This document shows positions 50,274 to 60,673 of a stretch of DNA of 64,000 nucleotides, piece by piece; the first letter of the stretch is position 1, and the number at the start of each line of letters is the position of its first letter. The position numbers and the translations under genes were made by a program. Origin of the DNA: Octopus vulgaris (Eukaryota); contig OX597815.1 of NCBI GenBank assembly GCA_951406725.2, positions 205,654,001-205,718,000 on the forward strand. Direction: 5' to 3'. The notes beneath the pieces are model-generated. The model did no database searches and had not been told where the DNA came from. It was given only the letters and a program-made list of their open reading frames with translations.

Positions 50274-51074
50274 AATAAAGCAGTTTCTTGGTTTGCATAA
50301 TAATAGTAATAATGGTTTCAAATTTTGACACAAGGCCAGAGCAATTTTTAGGAGATGGGATAGAGAGGGGTTCAATGTAACTGACCTAACAAATGCAATA
50401 CAGGTGATACAAATGCTAGTACTTGTTGAAATGTAGGATTTTACAAATAATTTGAAAATATTTCTGATAATCAATATCAACATACAATAAAAAAATTGTT
50501 AAACTGGGACAGTGAGAGGAATAAAGAGAGGGGGAAGAGAAAGAGTGGAATGGGAAATGAGGGAAAGGGGCAGGAAAAAGGAAAGAAAAGGTGGTCAAGG
50601 GTGAAGGAGCTATACAGCTGGGATGGAGGGGAGAGAGGGGGCTAGATAGGGTGGAAATCTTTGAGAAAAGAGTGTGTATGTAAAGTAGAGATTGAGCTAG
50701 AAATTACAAATATGAAATTTATTGTAGGAAATGCAAGAGCAGTGGACCGGCAGAATTGTTTGAGATACTTTGTGGTATTTTTTCTGACTCTTTACACACT
50801 GAGTTCAAGTCCAACCGAGGTCAACTTTGCCTTTCACCTCTTCTGGGTTGATAAAATAAAGTACCAGACAAGTACTGGGGTTGGTGTAATGAACTAATAT
50901 CCTTCCCTCAAAATTGTTGGCCTTGTGCCAAAGTTGAATTTGTTACAGGAAAGGCTGATCAAAGGAATATATATTTCTCTGAATTAAAGCAGTATAATAG
51001 CAGATATTTAAATCTGATTAGTTTGGATATAGAAGGCTGTTAAATGTTTACCAAAATTGCACAAACTCTGTAAG

Positions 51075-51770
51075 GTGTTAGGAGGGGAGTTCAGCTGTAA
51101 AAAGCTTGACAAAACAGATAGTGAGGCCTAGTGCAGTCTTCTGCCTAGCTAGCCCCTGTCAAACCGTCCAACCCATGCAGCAAAGAAAATAGATGTTAAA
51201 TGATGATGAGGAGGAGGAATGTAAACTATGTGCACCTTTCCTTCATTGGACGCTAAACTCTGCTTGCATAGACCTGTTGAGGCAAGTGAAACTGAAATCA
51301 AATTCGATGACTGGCATCTGTGCTAGTGGAGTACTAAGAGCACCATCCGAGCATGATTGTTGCCAGAGCAGCTAACTGGCTTCTGGGATGGTGGCACATA
51401 AAAAGCACTATTCGAGCATGATTGTTACTAGTGTCGTCTTACTGGCACTTGTGCCAGTGGCACGTGAAAATACATTCAAGCAAGGTCGTTGCCAGTGCCT
51501 CTGGACTGGGTCCTGTGCAGGTGGCATGTAAAAAACATCATTTGAGCGTGGTCGTTGCCAGTACTGCCTAACTGGCCCTTGTGCCAGTGGCACGTAAAAG
51601 CATCCACTACACTCTCAGAGTGGTTGGCGTTAGGAAGGGCATCCAGCTGTAAAAACTCTGCCAGATTAGATTGGAGCATTGTGCAGCCATCTGATTCGCC
51701 AGTTCTCAGTCAAATCGTCCAACCCATGCTAGCATGGAAAGCGGACGTTAAACGATGATGATGATGATGA
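51075..51770 (+). mobile_element. Family C retro-repeat cluster with internal tandem units
   Basis: Repeated GTGGCA(C/T)GTAAAAA units, then GGAAGGGCATCCAGC and a (GAT)n tail. Confidence 0.78.
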
Positions 51771-51875
51771 AACAGAAATACCAACAATCTGATGAATTGT
51801 CTAATTATGCACAATAAAATGGGCTGGTCTACATTAAAATAGTTAGGAAAAAATCAGAACAAAACTCATAATTAC

Positions 51876-52018
51876 CTGGATTTCCTCTTTTGTCAGAATA
51901 GAATAATCTTTTATGATCGCGTCATTCCGAACCCAAGCGTAATCTCCAGTATTTACATTGTAAAAAAACTTAAAGCCTTCGGGTGATCTGTTCATCATCC
52001 ATCCAGTTCCAGTCTCAC
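51876..52018 (-). CDS. IQGAP1: IQGAP exon, WW domain
   Basis: 143 nt, ETGTGWMMNRSPEGFKFFYNVNTGDYAW...LTKEEIQ; TAG/GTAATT. Confidence 0.95.
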
Positions 52019-52971
52019 CTAGTATTGGGAACAAAGAAAGGTAATATGGTTGACTTAGCAATTATTAGCATTAAAGGATAAATATAAAGTAAAAACAATA
52101 TCTTCTACAAACTGATAGTTTCATAGCATTTTACAAGTTACTCAAATTTTTACTGAAGCACACACGTCTCACAGCAGGAAACACACAGCAAAGAAGTTGT
52201 GCTTTGTATTTGCAAAATATTCTACAACAAGGATTTCTAACACAGCAATACATTTTTTGGTGGTCCTATTTAATTAAACTGAACCCTTGTATTGGAATGG
52301 TTATTTATTTTATCAACCATGGATGAACAAGTCAAAGTAATAAAAATTTGAACCAAAACGGCCAAGGGACATAACTAGTGAAGAGCTGCCATAATTTGTT
52401 TTACATAAGTGCTTCATTTACAGTTGAAATTTTAACTGCTTTGCTGAATTGCTAAAATTTTAACAACTGATTCACCAAACAGCCAAAATCTAAACAACTG
52501 GGTTGGTAAGATGTTAAATTTTAAGAAATGGTTCATTGCACTGCCAAAATTTTAACAACTGGTTTTCTGAGTTGCTGATATTTTAAATTACGGAGATGTA
52601 CTTGCATAGCAAGTGATTTGATCTGAGATCGTGTGCTGAAACGAAAACAATTGCAGCGTGGAAGGTGTTTGTAAGCCATTTAAGATATTTTAAATGGCTG
52701 ACTGAACTTTTAGCCACAAATTCAACAATAAGACATCTTTTTATTAGAGGACTTTAATAATACCAAATTAAATAAAATGAGGTGAAAATCTGAAAACTCT
52801 GAAAATTTGTTAGAGTTAAGAAGGGCATCTAACCATTACCATGCATAAAATAAAATGTATTAGTGACACGATCATTTGACCTGACTATGACTCACAAAAA
52901 CTAACTTGGGCCGTGATGACCCATCTAATCCATGCTAGTACAGAAAGTAGAAGTAAACTGATGATGAAGAT

Positions 52972-52973
<2 letters not shown>

Positions 52974-53034
<61 letters not shown>
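52974..53034. repeat. (TG)n microsatellite
   Basis: Pure TG run immediately left of the 1.1-kb palindrome. Confidence 0.95.
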
Positions 53035-53036
<2 letters not shown>

Positions 53037-53043
53037 ACACAAA

Positions 53044-54167
53044 CATTTGATAAGTTAGCTTGTCTCCAGCAAGTCAGAGTCCTTCCGACTCTAGATGACA
53101 TTACTTATTTCATATTGATAATTCAGGTTATGATTGAAGCATGACACTGTGGTTAAATCTTACGTCTACCATGTTAATAAAAAAATCGAAAGAACAGAAG
53201 ATAAACTGAAATTGCTCCTTTTTAATGAAGAACTTTTACTCTCTACTTTTGCTACTTAACAATTCTATGTTGTTTTGTGAATGAATAAATAAATAAGTGG
53301 TGATCAAAATATCTTGCAATATTAAGTTATGTCTAGTGTTGAACTGGACCTTGTTCTTGGGAACAGGTGAAATATATTTTATAAACAAACAGTTTACTTA
53401 TTGCTGGATGATGAAGTAAAATCTACTCAATAAAAAGTGTCAGTTACACCACAGTCAAATAACTCCTCCCACTTGTGCTGGCAATTCAATTATCCACTTC
53501 AAATGTTTTGAAGTGAAAGTCAGTCACGGTGTTTTCTGCATAAAATAAGTGCAGAAGATTGGTACGATTTGTTTGCCTTGGTAGTAGGAAGAAATGCACA
53601 TATATTTTCTGAAGCATCTTTAAATACTTGAAATATTTCTTCACTACCACCAAGGCAAACAAATCATACCAATCTTCTGCAGAAAACACAGTAACTGACT
53701 TTCACTTCAAAACATTTGAAGTGGATAACTGAATTGCAAGCACAAGCGAGAAGAGTTATTTGACTGTAATTGACAACTTTATTGAGTATGTCTTACTTCA
53801 TCCAGCAATAAGTAACTGTTCTTTTTCTTTTATAAAATATTTTGTCAGTTCCCAAGAACAAGGTCCAGTTCAACATTGGACATAACTTAATATTGCTCAG
53901 TATTTTGATCATCGCTTTTTATTCATTCACAAAGCAACATAGAATTGTTAAGTAGCAAAAGTAGAGAGTAAAAGTTCTTCATTAACAAGGAGCACTTTCA
54001 GTGTATCTTCTGTTCTTTCGATTTTTTTTATTAACATAGTAGATATGATAAGATATAACCACAGTGTCATGCTTCAATCATAACCTGAATTATCAATACG
54101 AAATAAGCAATGTAATCTAGGGTAGGAAGGACTCTGACTTGCTGGAGACAAGCTAACTTATCAAGTG
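53044..54167. repeat. About 1.1-kb imperfect palindrome (fold-back element)
   Basis: Arms of about 530-550 bp are reverse-complementary from ttgataagttagcttgtctccagcaagtcagagtccttcc inward; loop at about 53600-53635. Confidence 0.92.
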
Positions 54168-54270
54168 CTAATGTCACAATGAAATGCATCAAGTACACTC
54201 TTGACAGTTTTTGTTATTTAGATGAACCAATCAACAGTAGAGATGAGTGTTCTGAAAGCATATGAGCTAG

Positions 54271-54446
54271 AGGCGCAGGAGTGGGTGTGTGGTAAGTAGC
54301 TTGCTTACCAGCCACATGGTTCTGGGTTCAGTCCCACTGCATGGCACCTTGGGCAAGTGTCTTCTACTATAGCCTCGGGCCGACCAAAGCCTTGTGAGTG
54401 GATTTGGTAGACGGAAACTGAAAGAAGCCTGTCGTATATATGTATA

Positions 54447-54496
<50 letters not shown>

Positions 54497-54688
54497 TATA
54501 TATGCGTGTGTGTGTTTGTCCCCCTAGCATTGCTTGACAACCGATGCTGGTGTGTTTATGTCCCTGTTACTTAGCGGTTCGGCAAAAAGAGACCGATAGA
54601 ATAAGTACTGGGCTTACAAAAGAATAAGTCCCGGGGTCGAGTTGCTCCAGCATGGCCGCAGTCAAATGACTGAAACAAGTAAAAGCGA
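54271..54688 (+). mobile_element. tRNA-derived SINE (family A)
   Basis: AGGCGCAGGAGTGG...GAAACAAGTAAAAG. Confidence 0.85.
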
Positions 54689-55914
54689 ATAAGGAGGAGG
54701 AGGAATAACCTGAGAGTTATTACCTTTGCTGATAACAAAGGAATTCTTTCTCCATAGAAAAGGCCAGATTGTATGATGAATGCGTATGAAGTGCAATGTT
54801 GCATGACAAAGAGTCAAGGATATTGAATGTGGAGAATGTTTGAAAATTGGAAAGAAATGAGGTGAGCATCCTTCGCTGGATGAAGCACAAACATACTGAG
54901 AGAAGAACTGGGTGTGAGAGAAATCAAACAAAGTGTGCAGGAAGATTAAGGTGGTAAGGACACAGGATACACGTTTAGGATGGAACCTGAATAAAGAAGT
55001 TCCAAGATGTTCAAGTGAAAGGAACTCGTGAGAGAGGAAGACCAAGGAAGACATGAGAAGTGGTAAAGGCTGATCTTAGGATGTAGGGACCTATAAGAGA
55101 TGACAAGAGAGAGAGCAACGAGTGGTGAGACATTGTGTTGGAGGAAACTCATCCAGTTGATGCAACCATGAAAAGACAAATATAATACAAGAGAATATGA
55201 GCTAATGATGGCATCTCTATGCCACTACTTTATCTATTGTAAACAGCAGCCAAATATCCTACTATCTTATGAAAGACAGGTTACATTGGATAATATAGTT
55301 CCAGATATATTATGTCTAAAAACAGAAGTGATAGTCACATCTAGAATGACTTTTAACCACAGGTTTATCCAATCAGGCCTCTCATGGATATCAACAACTG
55401 CTATGTCTGACTGACCAAGCCTCTGCTAACTTTGCTATCAAAAAATCTAATTAAATCTCATTTTATGTGACACTTGAAAATCAGCCACTCTTTTAAGATG
55501 CTATTCCAGACAAATTATTATTTTAATATTCTTAAAACTAATTCTAGATAAATTGCATTTATCCTTTTCTTTGAAGGTGGGGCTGAGCATTTTTTTTTTC
55601 TATTTCATGAACTATTTCACAAATTAATTCCTTGCTGAGAAACAGATACACATAACAATAAAAACAGTTGAAAAATATTTACATATTTAGCAAACATTTA
55701 CCAAAACCAAAAGGAAATTTCTTTTACTCAAATGGAAAAAATTTAATTATTGAAGTTTAAAAATCAAATCAGTTTTACCTTCAGAGATTTGAAAACTAAG
55801 ATAAAATGTTAGATAAGTAGTTTCATTTAAAAAAATTACATGAAAAGTATCTATACTAAGACAGAATACAGAAGTACAATATATAATGACCCAAATCATC
55901 ATTAAAAATATTAC

Positions 55915-56082
55915 CCAGTGTTTCCTTTTCACTGCGAAGTGCTCTCAGCTTTTCCATATAGATATTCCCACAAGAAGAACGTAAATTTTGCAATTGAACA
56001 GGCTGACATTGCAAAGACTGAAGCAGAACATCTGATGAATCTTGATTTAAGTTGGCATTTATATCTTTGATACCCAAAGACA
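55915..56082 (-). CDS. IQGAP1: IQGAP exon, last IQGAP repeat
   Basis: 168 nt, SLGIKDINANLNQDSSDVLLQSLQ...SEKETL; CAG/GTAATA. Confidence 0.92.
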
Positions 56083-56149
56083 CTGAAAATAGAAAGAAAA
56101 AAGTTAGCAAAAAATAATTTTTTAAAGAAAATTATTCAAATTACACTGT

Positions 56150-56620
56150 TCAGGCAACTATTACCTCTGTTGGCAATGAAGGGATGTTCACTTTGAGAGA
56201 AGGGCAGACAGCAAAGTATTTTTTTGTATGAAGTGCATTGTTGCATGGTAGTGAAACATGGACACTGAACATGGAGGATATGGAAAGGTCAGTAAAAGAA
56301 ATTAGGCAAACATGTTCCATTAGATGTGGAAAGTTAGTAGGGCATAAACCATCTGAGAGAAAAACTAGGGATAAGAGGAATCCAATGTTGTGTCCAAAAG
56401 AGACGTCTAAGCTGGTACAGACATGTGATGCATAAAAAGGATGACAGTAGGATAAAGATGTACCAATTGATGTCAGTGGAAGGAGTCTGAAAAAAGGAAA
56501 TATGGAAAGAAATGGTGAAAACTGAGAGGTCAGGAGGTTAAACGCCATGAAGGGGATGAGAAAGAACTGCATCAAGTGGAGAGGCATGGTGCTGGAGCAG
56601 TCTTATTTAAATGATGAGTA
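56150..56620 (+). mobile_element. Degenerate RTE LINE fragment
   Basis: ALLHGSETWTLN motif; similar relics at about 12640-12930 and 54770-55190, and on the minus strand at 1-250. Confidence 0.6.
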
Positions 56621-56804
56621 TGATTGACCAATACCTTGTGAGTGTATTTGGGGGAGAGAGAGAGAGAGAGATGTAGCTGCAGGGAGGAAGGGTTGCATAA
56701 TGTTATGTTTAACACAGGGTTTAAAAGCAGCTGGTATATTGAGAGAGTATAAGGTAATTTAGGTGGAAGTGTAAATGATAAAGAACGAAACAAAATAAAT
56801 ATAC

Positions 56805-56895
56805 TTTCAACAGCTTTCTCTTCATCTTCATTTGCTTCAACGATAGTTTCTTGAATTTCCTCCAGCCACAGTAGTGTGTCTTCATCTTGAGATTG
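56805..56895 (-). CDS. IQGAP1: IQGAP exon, IQGAP repeat
   Basis: 91 nt, QSQDEDTLLWLEEIQETIVEANEDEEKAVE (LWLxEIQ motif); CAG/GTATAT. Confidence 0.92.
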
Positions 56896-57093
56896 CTGAA
56901 ACGCGTGAAAGAGAACATAAGAGTTTGTACAGCCCAATCACATATCTGTACACGTTTACGCATGAGCATTATAACAAGATAAATCATGAACATAATAATC
57001 GTTTATACTATAAGAAGAAAATTGTAACAATTCATTAAAGTGTAGCATTTAATTAATAATTAGTAAACAAAAGAAAAATATGTTGATAGTTAC

Positions 57094-57257
57094 CAATGCT
57101 TTCTTATTCTTCTTATTAACAAGCATGACCATATATTGGTGAGCGAGCCGGTCCCTGACATTTTGAAGTTGAGCTGCTGGAAGCTGCAAGGCAGCTAATA
57201 CAGCTTGCTCATCACCATTGGAAATAGCATCATTGATTGTCCCTATAGCACAAACTC
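57094..57257 (-). CDS. IQGAP1: IQGAP exon, IQGAP repeat
   Basis: 164 nt, VCAIGTINDAISNGDEQAVLAALQLPAAQLQNV...KKAL; CAG/GTAACT. Confidence 0.93.
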
Positions 57258-57404
57258 CTGAAATGACAAAAAACAAAAGCATTAGATACACATGGAAATA
57301 CGAAACCAGTTATCTACTACACATAACCAAACAAAAATATGAAACAAATCTTGCAACTCTAAACATCACAGAATAAATAAGTTATCGCATTTTTTTTTTT
57401 TTTT

Positions 57405-57593
57405 TACTTGTTTCAGTCATTTGACTGCGGCCATGCTGGAGCACCGCCTTTAATCGAGCAACTTGACCCCGGGACTTATTCTTTTGTAAGCCCAGTACTT
57501 ATTTTATTGGTCTCTTTTGCCAAACTGCTAAGTGACAGGGACATAAACACACCAGCATCGGTTGTCAAGCAATGGTAGGGGGGACAAACACAG

Positions 57594-57635
<42 letters not shown>

Positions 57636-57811
57636 GTACATATATACGATGGGCTTTTGTTTCAGTTTCCGTCTACCAAATCCACTCACAAGGCTTTGGT
57701 CGGCCCGAGGCTATAGTAGAAGACACTTGCCCAAGGTGCCACGCAGTGGGACTGAACCCGGAACCATGTTGTTGGTAAACAAGCTACTTACCACACAGCC
57801 ACTCCTGCGCC
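57405..57811 (-). mobile_element. tRNA-derived SINE (family A)
   Basis: Full-length copy ending ccactcctgcgcc. Confidence 0.85.
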
Positions 57812-59281
57812 TTCATCTCACTCCAGATTTCTGGTTCCCATTCTCTTTTGGTACCCACTCCTCACTCCATTTTAATTCTTTTATTATTATAGTTCAATCA
57901 ACAACCCCCTCCACCCAATGGCTTGAAGCAACTTTCCATTCAACATTGCAACTGAATTCGCTGAACCTAAGAAGTAGTTCAGCTGCTGATATAGACCATC
58001 TCCCACCAGTTCCCTTAGATTTTCAATTTAGCCAATAATTTCTTCCAACATTCAACTTTCTGTGTATGCAAGAATTTCGACTGTACACTTTCTCAATCAA
58101 TTAGGATCTTAACAATAATCTCTGATGAAATTTGAGCAAGCAAGTGTATGTATGTAAAAGGTATTTATTTTGGAGTAAAAACATATAATCCTCCAAGAAC
58201 ATCACCTAAATGGAAAAATCTCACAAAATCCACAACAACACTCTCAGATTACTCATATCCTAATTATTAATAAAAACAAAATTATAAACAGTAGATTTGG
58301 ATTGAGAGCCAAAACAGTAAAGCTTGAGTAATCATCGTTAAAAGTTTAAAAATTTTCAATTATAAAGAGCTGTTCTTCATCTTTTAGCACTCAGATTACT
58401 GTCAAATGTAATGCTTATTTATTCACATTGTCTTGAATTAACCAAGCATTATGCTATAGTTTCAAGATTTTGATGTGATTTTTATTTTTAGAATGACATT
58501 GTAGGATAGGTGTGAGAAGCCAGATGTAGCTGGTTTGAGCATAAAACAGAATACCAGGGCCAGATATGACTGTTTTAAATGCTGAAGGGTAAAATCAATA
58601 CCACATTCGTATAAAACAGTTTTTTTGTTCATCAAAAATTCTCAAAATCTCTGAATTTAGTTCCATAATCCAATGAATCATCAATCTCCACTTATCTCAA
58701 TAAACTAATTCTCACGCAGGCCATCATGGAAGGCAAATGTTAAAGGATGACTCACATACACACACAAAAAGTAGGCAAACAAATGAAAGTGGTACTCAAC
58801 ACATATAGTTAGAATAGTAAGTATTTAATAACAGACCGACTATATATATATATATATATATATGAAAAGTTAATCCAAACAAGAAAGCACAAAAAAAACA
58901 CAACAACGCGAGGACGTGGAACAAATATAGTATTATTGGATGCTTAAGAAAGAAGGAGGGTTTAACGTTTCGAGCGGAGCTCTTCGTTGGAAACATAGAA
59001 GGAAAGATCCAGAGAAGGGAAGACAGAGGAAAAAAAAAAAAAACCACACATACACACACACACACAGAGTCCATTCCATTCTAAATACCTTCCAAACTTA
59101 TTCCTAACAGCATTATCAACACTTTGGGAAATCAAGATTTTCATATTCCTGTAAATAAAAACAAACTGAAAAGTTCGCTTTCTTTTCATGAAAGAAAATC
59201 TAAAAACCTATAAAGCAAGTATGAAGATAATCACAAAAACAGTTGACACACACAAGATACGTATATTGGACTTCCACTTAC

Positions 59282-59363
59282 GTTCATGCTCCTGTTGTAC
59301 TTGTTGATGAACTTTTTCTACTGCCATTACAATTTCATGGTGCGTTAGCTGCTCACAAGGTAA
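59282..59363 (-). CDS. IQGAP1: IQGAP exon, IQGAP repeat
   Basis: 82 nt, LPCEQLTHHEIVMAVEKVHQQVQQEHE; TAG/GTAAGT; phases 0 to 1 fit both neighbours. Confidence 0.9.
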
Positions 59364-59609
59364 CTATAATAAATATTAGAAAACATTTTTGAAAACCCAC
59401 AGTCGAGCTTATAGCACAGGAAGGCTTTATTCTCAATGTTAGGTGTAACTAGAAATGACAATGGACCATAATAAGTGAAGAGATGCTGTGATGGAGAGGA
59501 CCTGTGAAACTCCGACAAATATGGCTCAATGCAATAAGCAGCAAACAGGGTAAAAATGTCACATTTAGAAAAATTAAAAATCGCTAAATGTCTAATCCAG
59601 CAAATTAAT

Positions 59610-60087
59610 AAAATTGAAATTGAACCAATCCTATGACTGGCACCCAGCAGTTGCCAGTGCCGCTGGACTGACTCCTGTGCAGGTGGCAAGTAAAGAAACA
59701 CCGTTTCGACCCTGTGCTTGAGGAGACCTAATTGAGTCAAGTACATCAACATCAATGGAAATTGTAGTTGTGATCCCTGTGCCGGTGGCATGTAAAAAGC
59801 ACCATCCGAACGTGGCTGATGCCAGCGCCGCCTTGACTGGCTTCCGTGCTGGTGGCACGTAAAAAGCACCAACCGATCGTAGCCGTTGCCAGCCTCGCCT
59901 GGCACCTGTGCCAGTAGCATGTAAAAAGCACCCACTACACTCATGGAGTGGTTGGCGTTAGGAAGGGCATCCAGCTGTAGAAACACTGCCAGATCAGACT
60001 GGAGCCTGGTGCAGCCTTCTGGCTTCCCAGACCCCAGTTGAACCGTCCAACCCATGCTAGCATGGAAAACATGTTAAACGATGATGA
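59610..60087 (+). mobile_element. Family C retro-repeat
   Basis: Same motifs and (GAT)n tail; explains the spurious 236-aa ORF at 59345-60055. Confidence 0.8.
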
Positions 60088-60509
60088 AAATTGTTTACAT
60101 CCAAAGGTTAATAAGTTTACTTAGATAGGAATATAACTCATTTAGTTACAATAAATTAATGATATGTAAATAAGATAATCAAACAATGTAGAACTAAGGT
60201 GGTAAAATAAGATAACAAAAAATCATTAGAATATTTATACTCTGAAGATTTATGATAATCAAAATTTTATACAATATTTTTCAGCACAAATCTAAATTTC
60301 GTAAGATAATGAAGTGTTGACTAGAAGTACCAATTATCTGGCAATAATCGTTGTAAATTAAATAAAAGACATGCAGGATAAGGGCACTCAAATTAACTGA
60401 TACAACACCTGAGTATGGGAGTAATAATAAACAGTTATAGACGTCCTCAATCAGAGGTGACTCGGACGCTAATCATCAACATTATATGTTATCTTACAAG
60501 CAAACTCAC

Positions 60510-60673
60510 CTCAATTTTCTTCTGTTTTTCCTTCGCTAGACAGTTTTGATACTTCTCACTGAGTTCAAAATCAAGTGTAGGAATATGTGCATTTGGATCA
60601 CTTAGGGCAGTGAATGTTGCTTGAGAATTTCTTCTGTCAACAGCACTATTTATTGCAGCAATTGCAGAAAGAA
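60510..60673 (-). CDS. IQGAP1: IQGAP exon, IQGAP repeat
   Basis: 164 nt, LSAIAAINSAVDRRNSQATFTALSDPNAHI...KQKKIE; TAG acceptor, GTGAGT donor. Confidence 0.93.

Noticed and set aside
51380-51620. Regularly spaced GTGGCA(C/T)GTAAAAA units resembling a CRISPR array
   Set aside because: These are internal tandem units of a eukaryotic retro-repeat. The spacers are related to each other, the repeats are degenerate, and there are no cas genes.
59345-60055. 236-aa ORF, the longest in the track, and similar ORFs at 41275-41853, 3181-3525 and 57562-58038
   Set aside because: They lie within multi-copy SINE-like repeats, recur with frameshifts in other copies, and show no protein motif.
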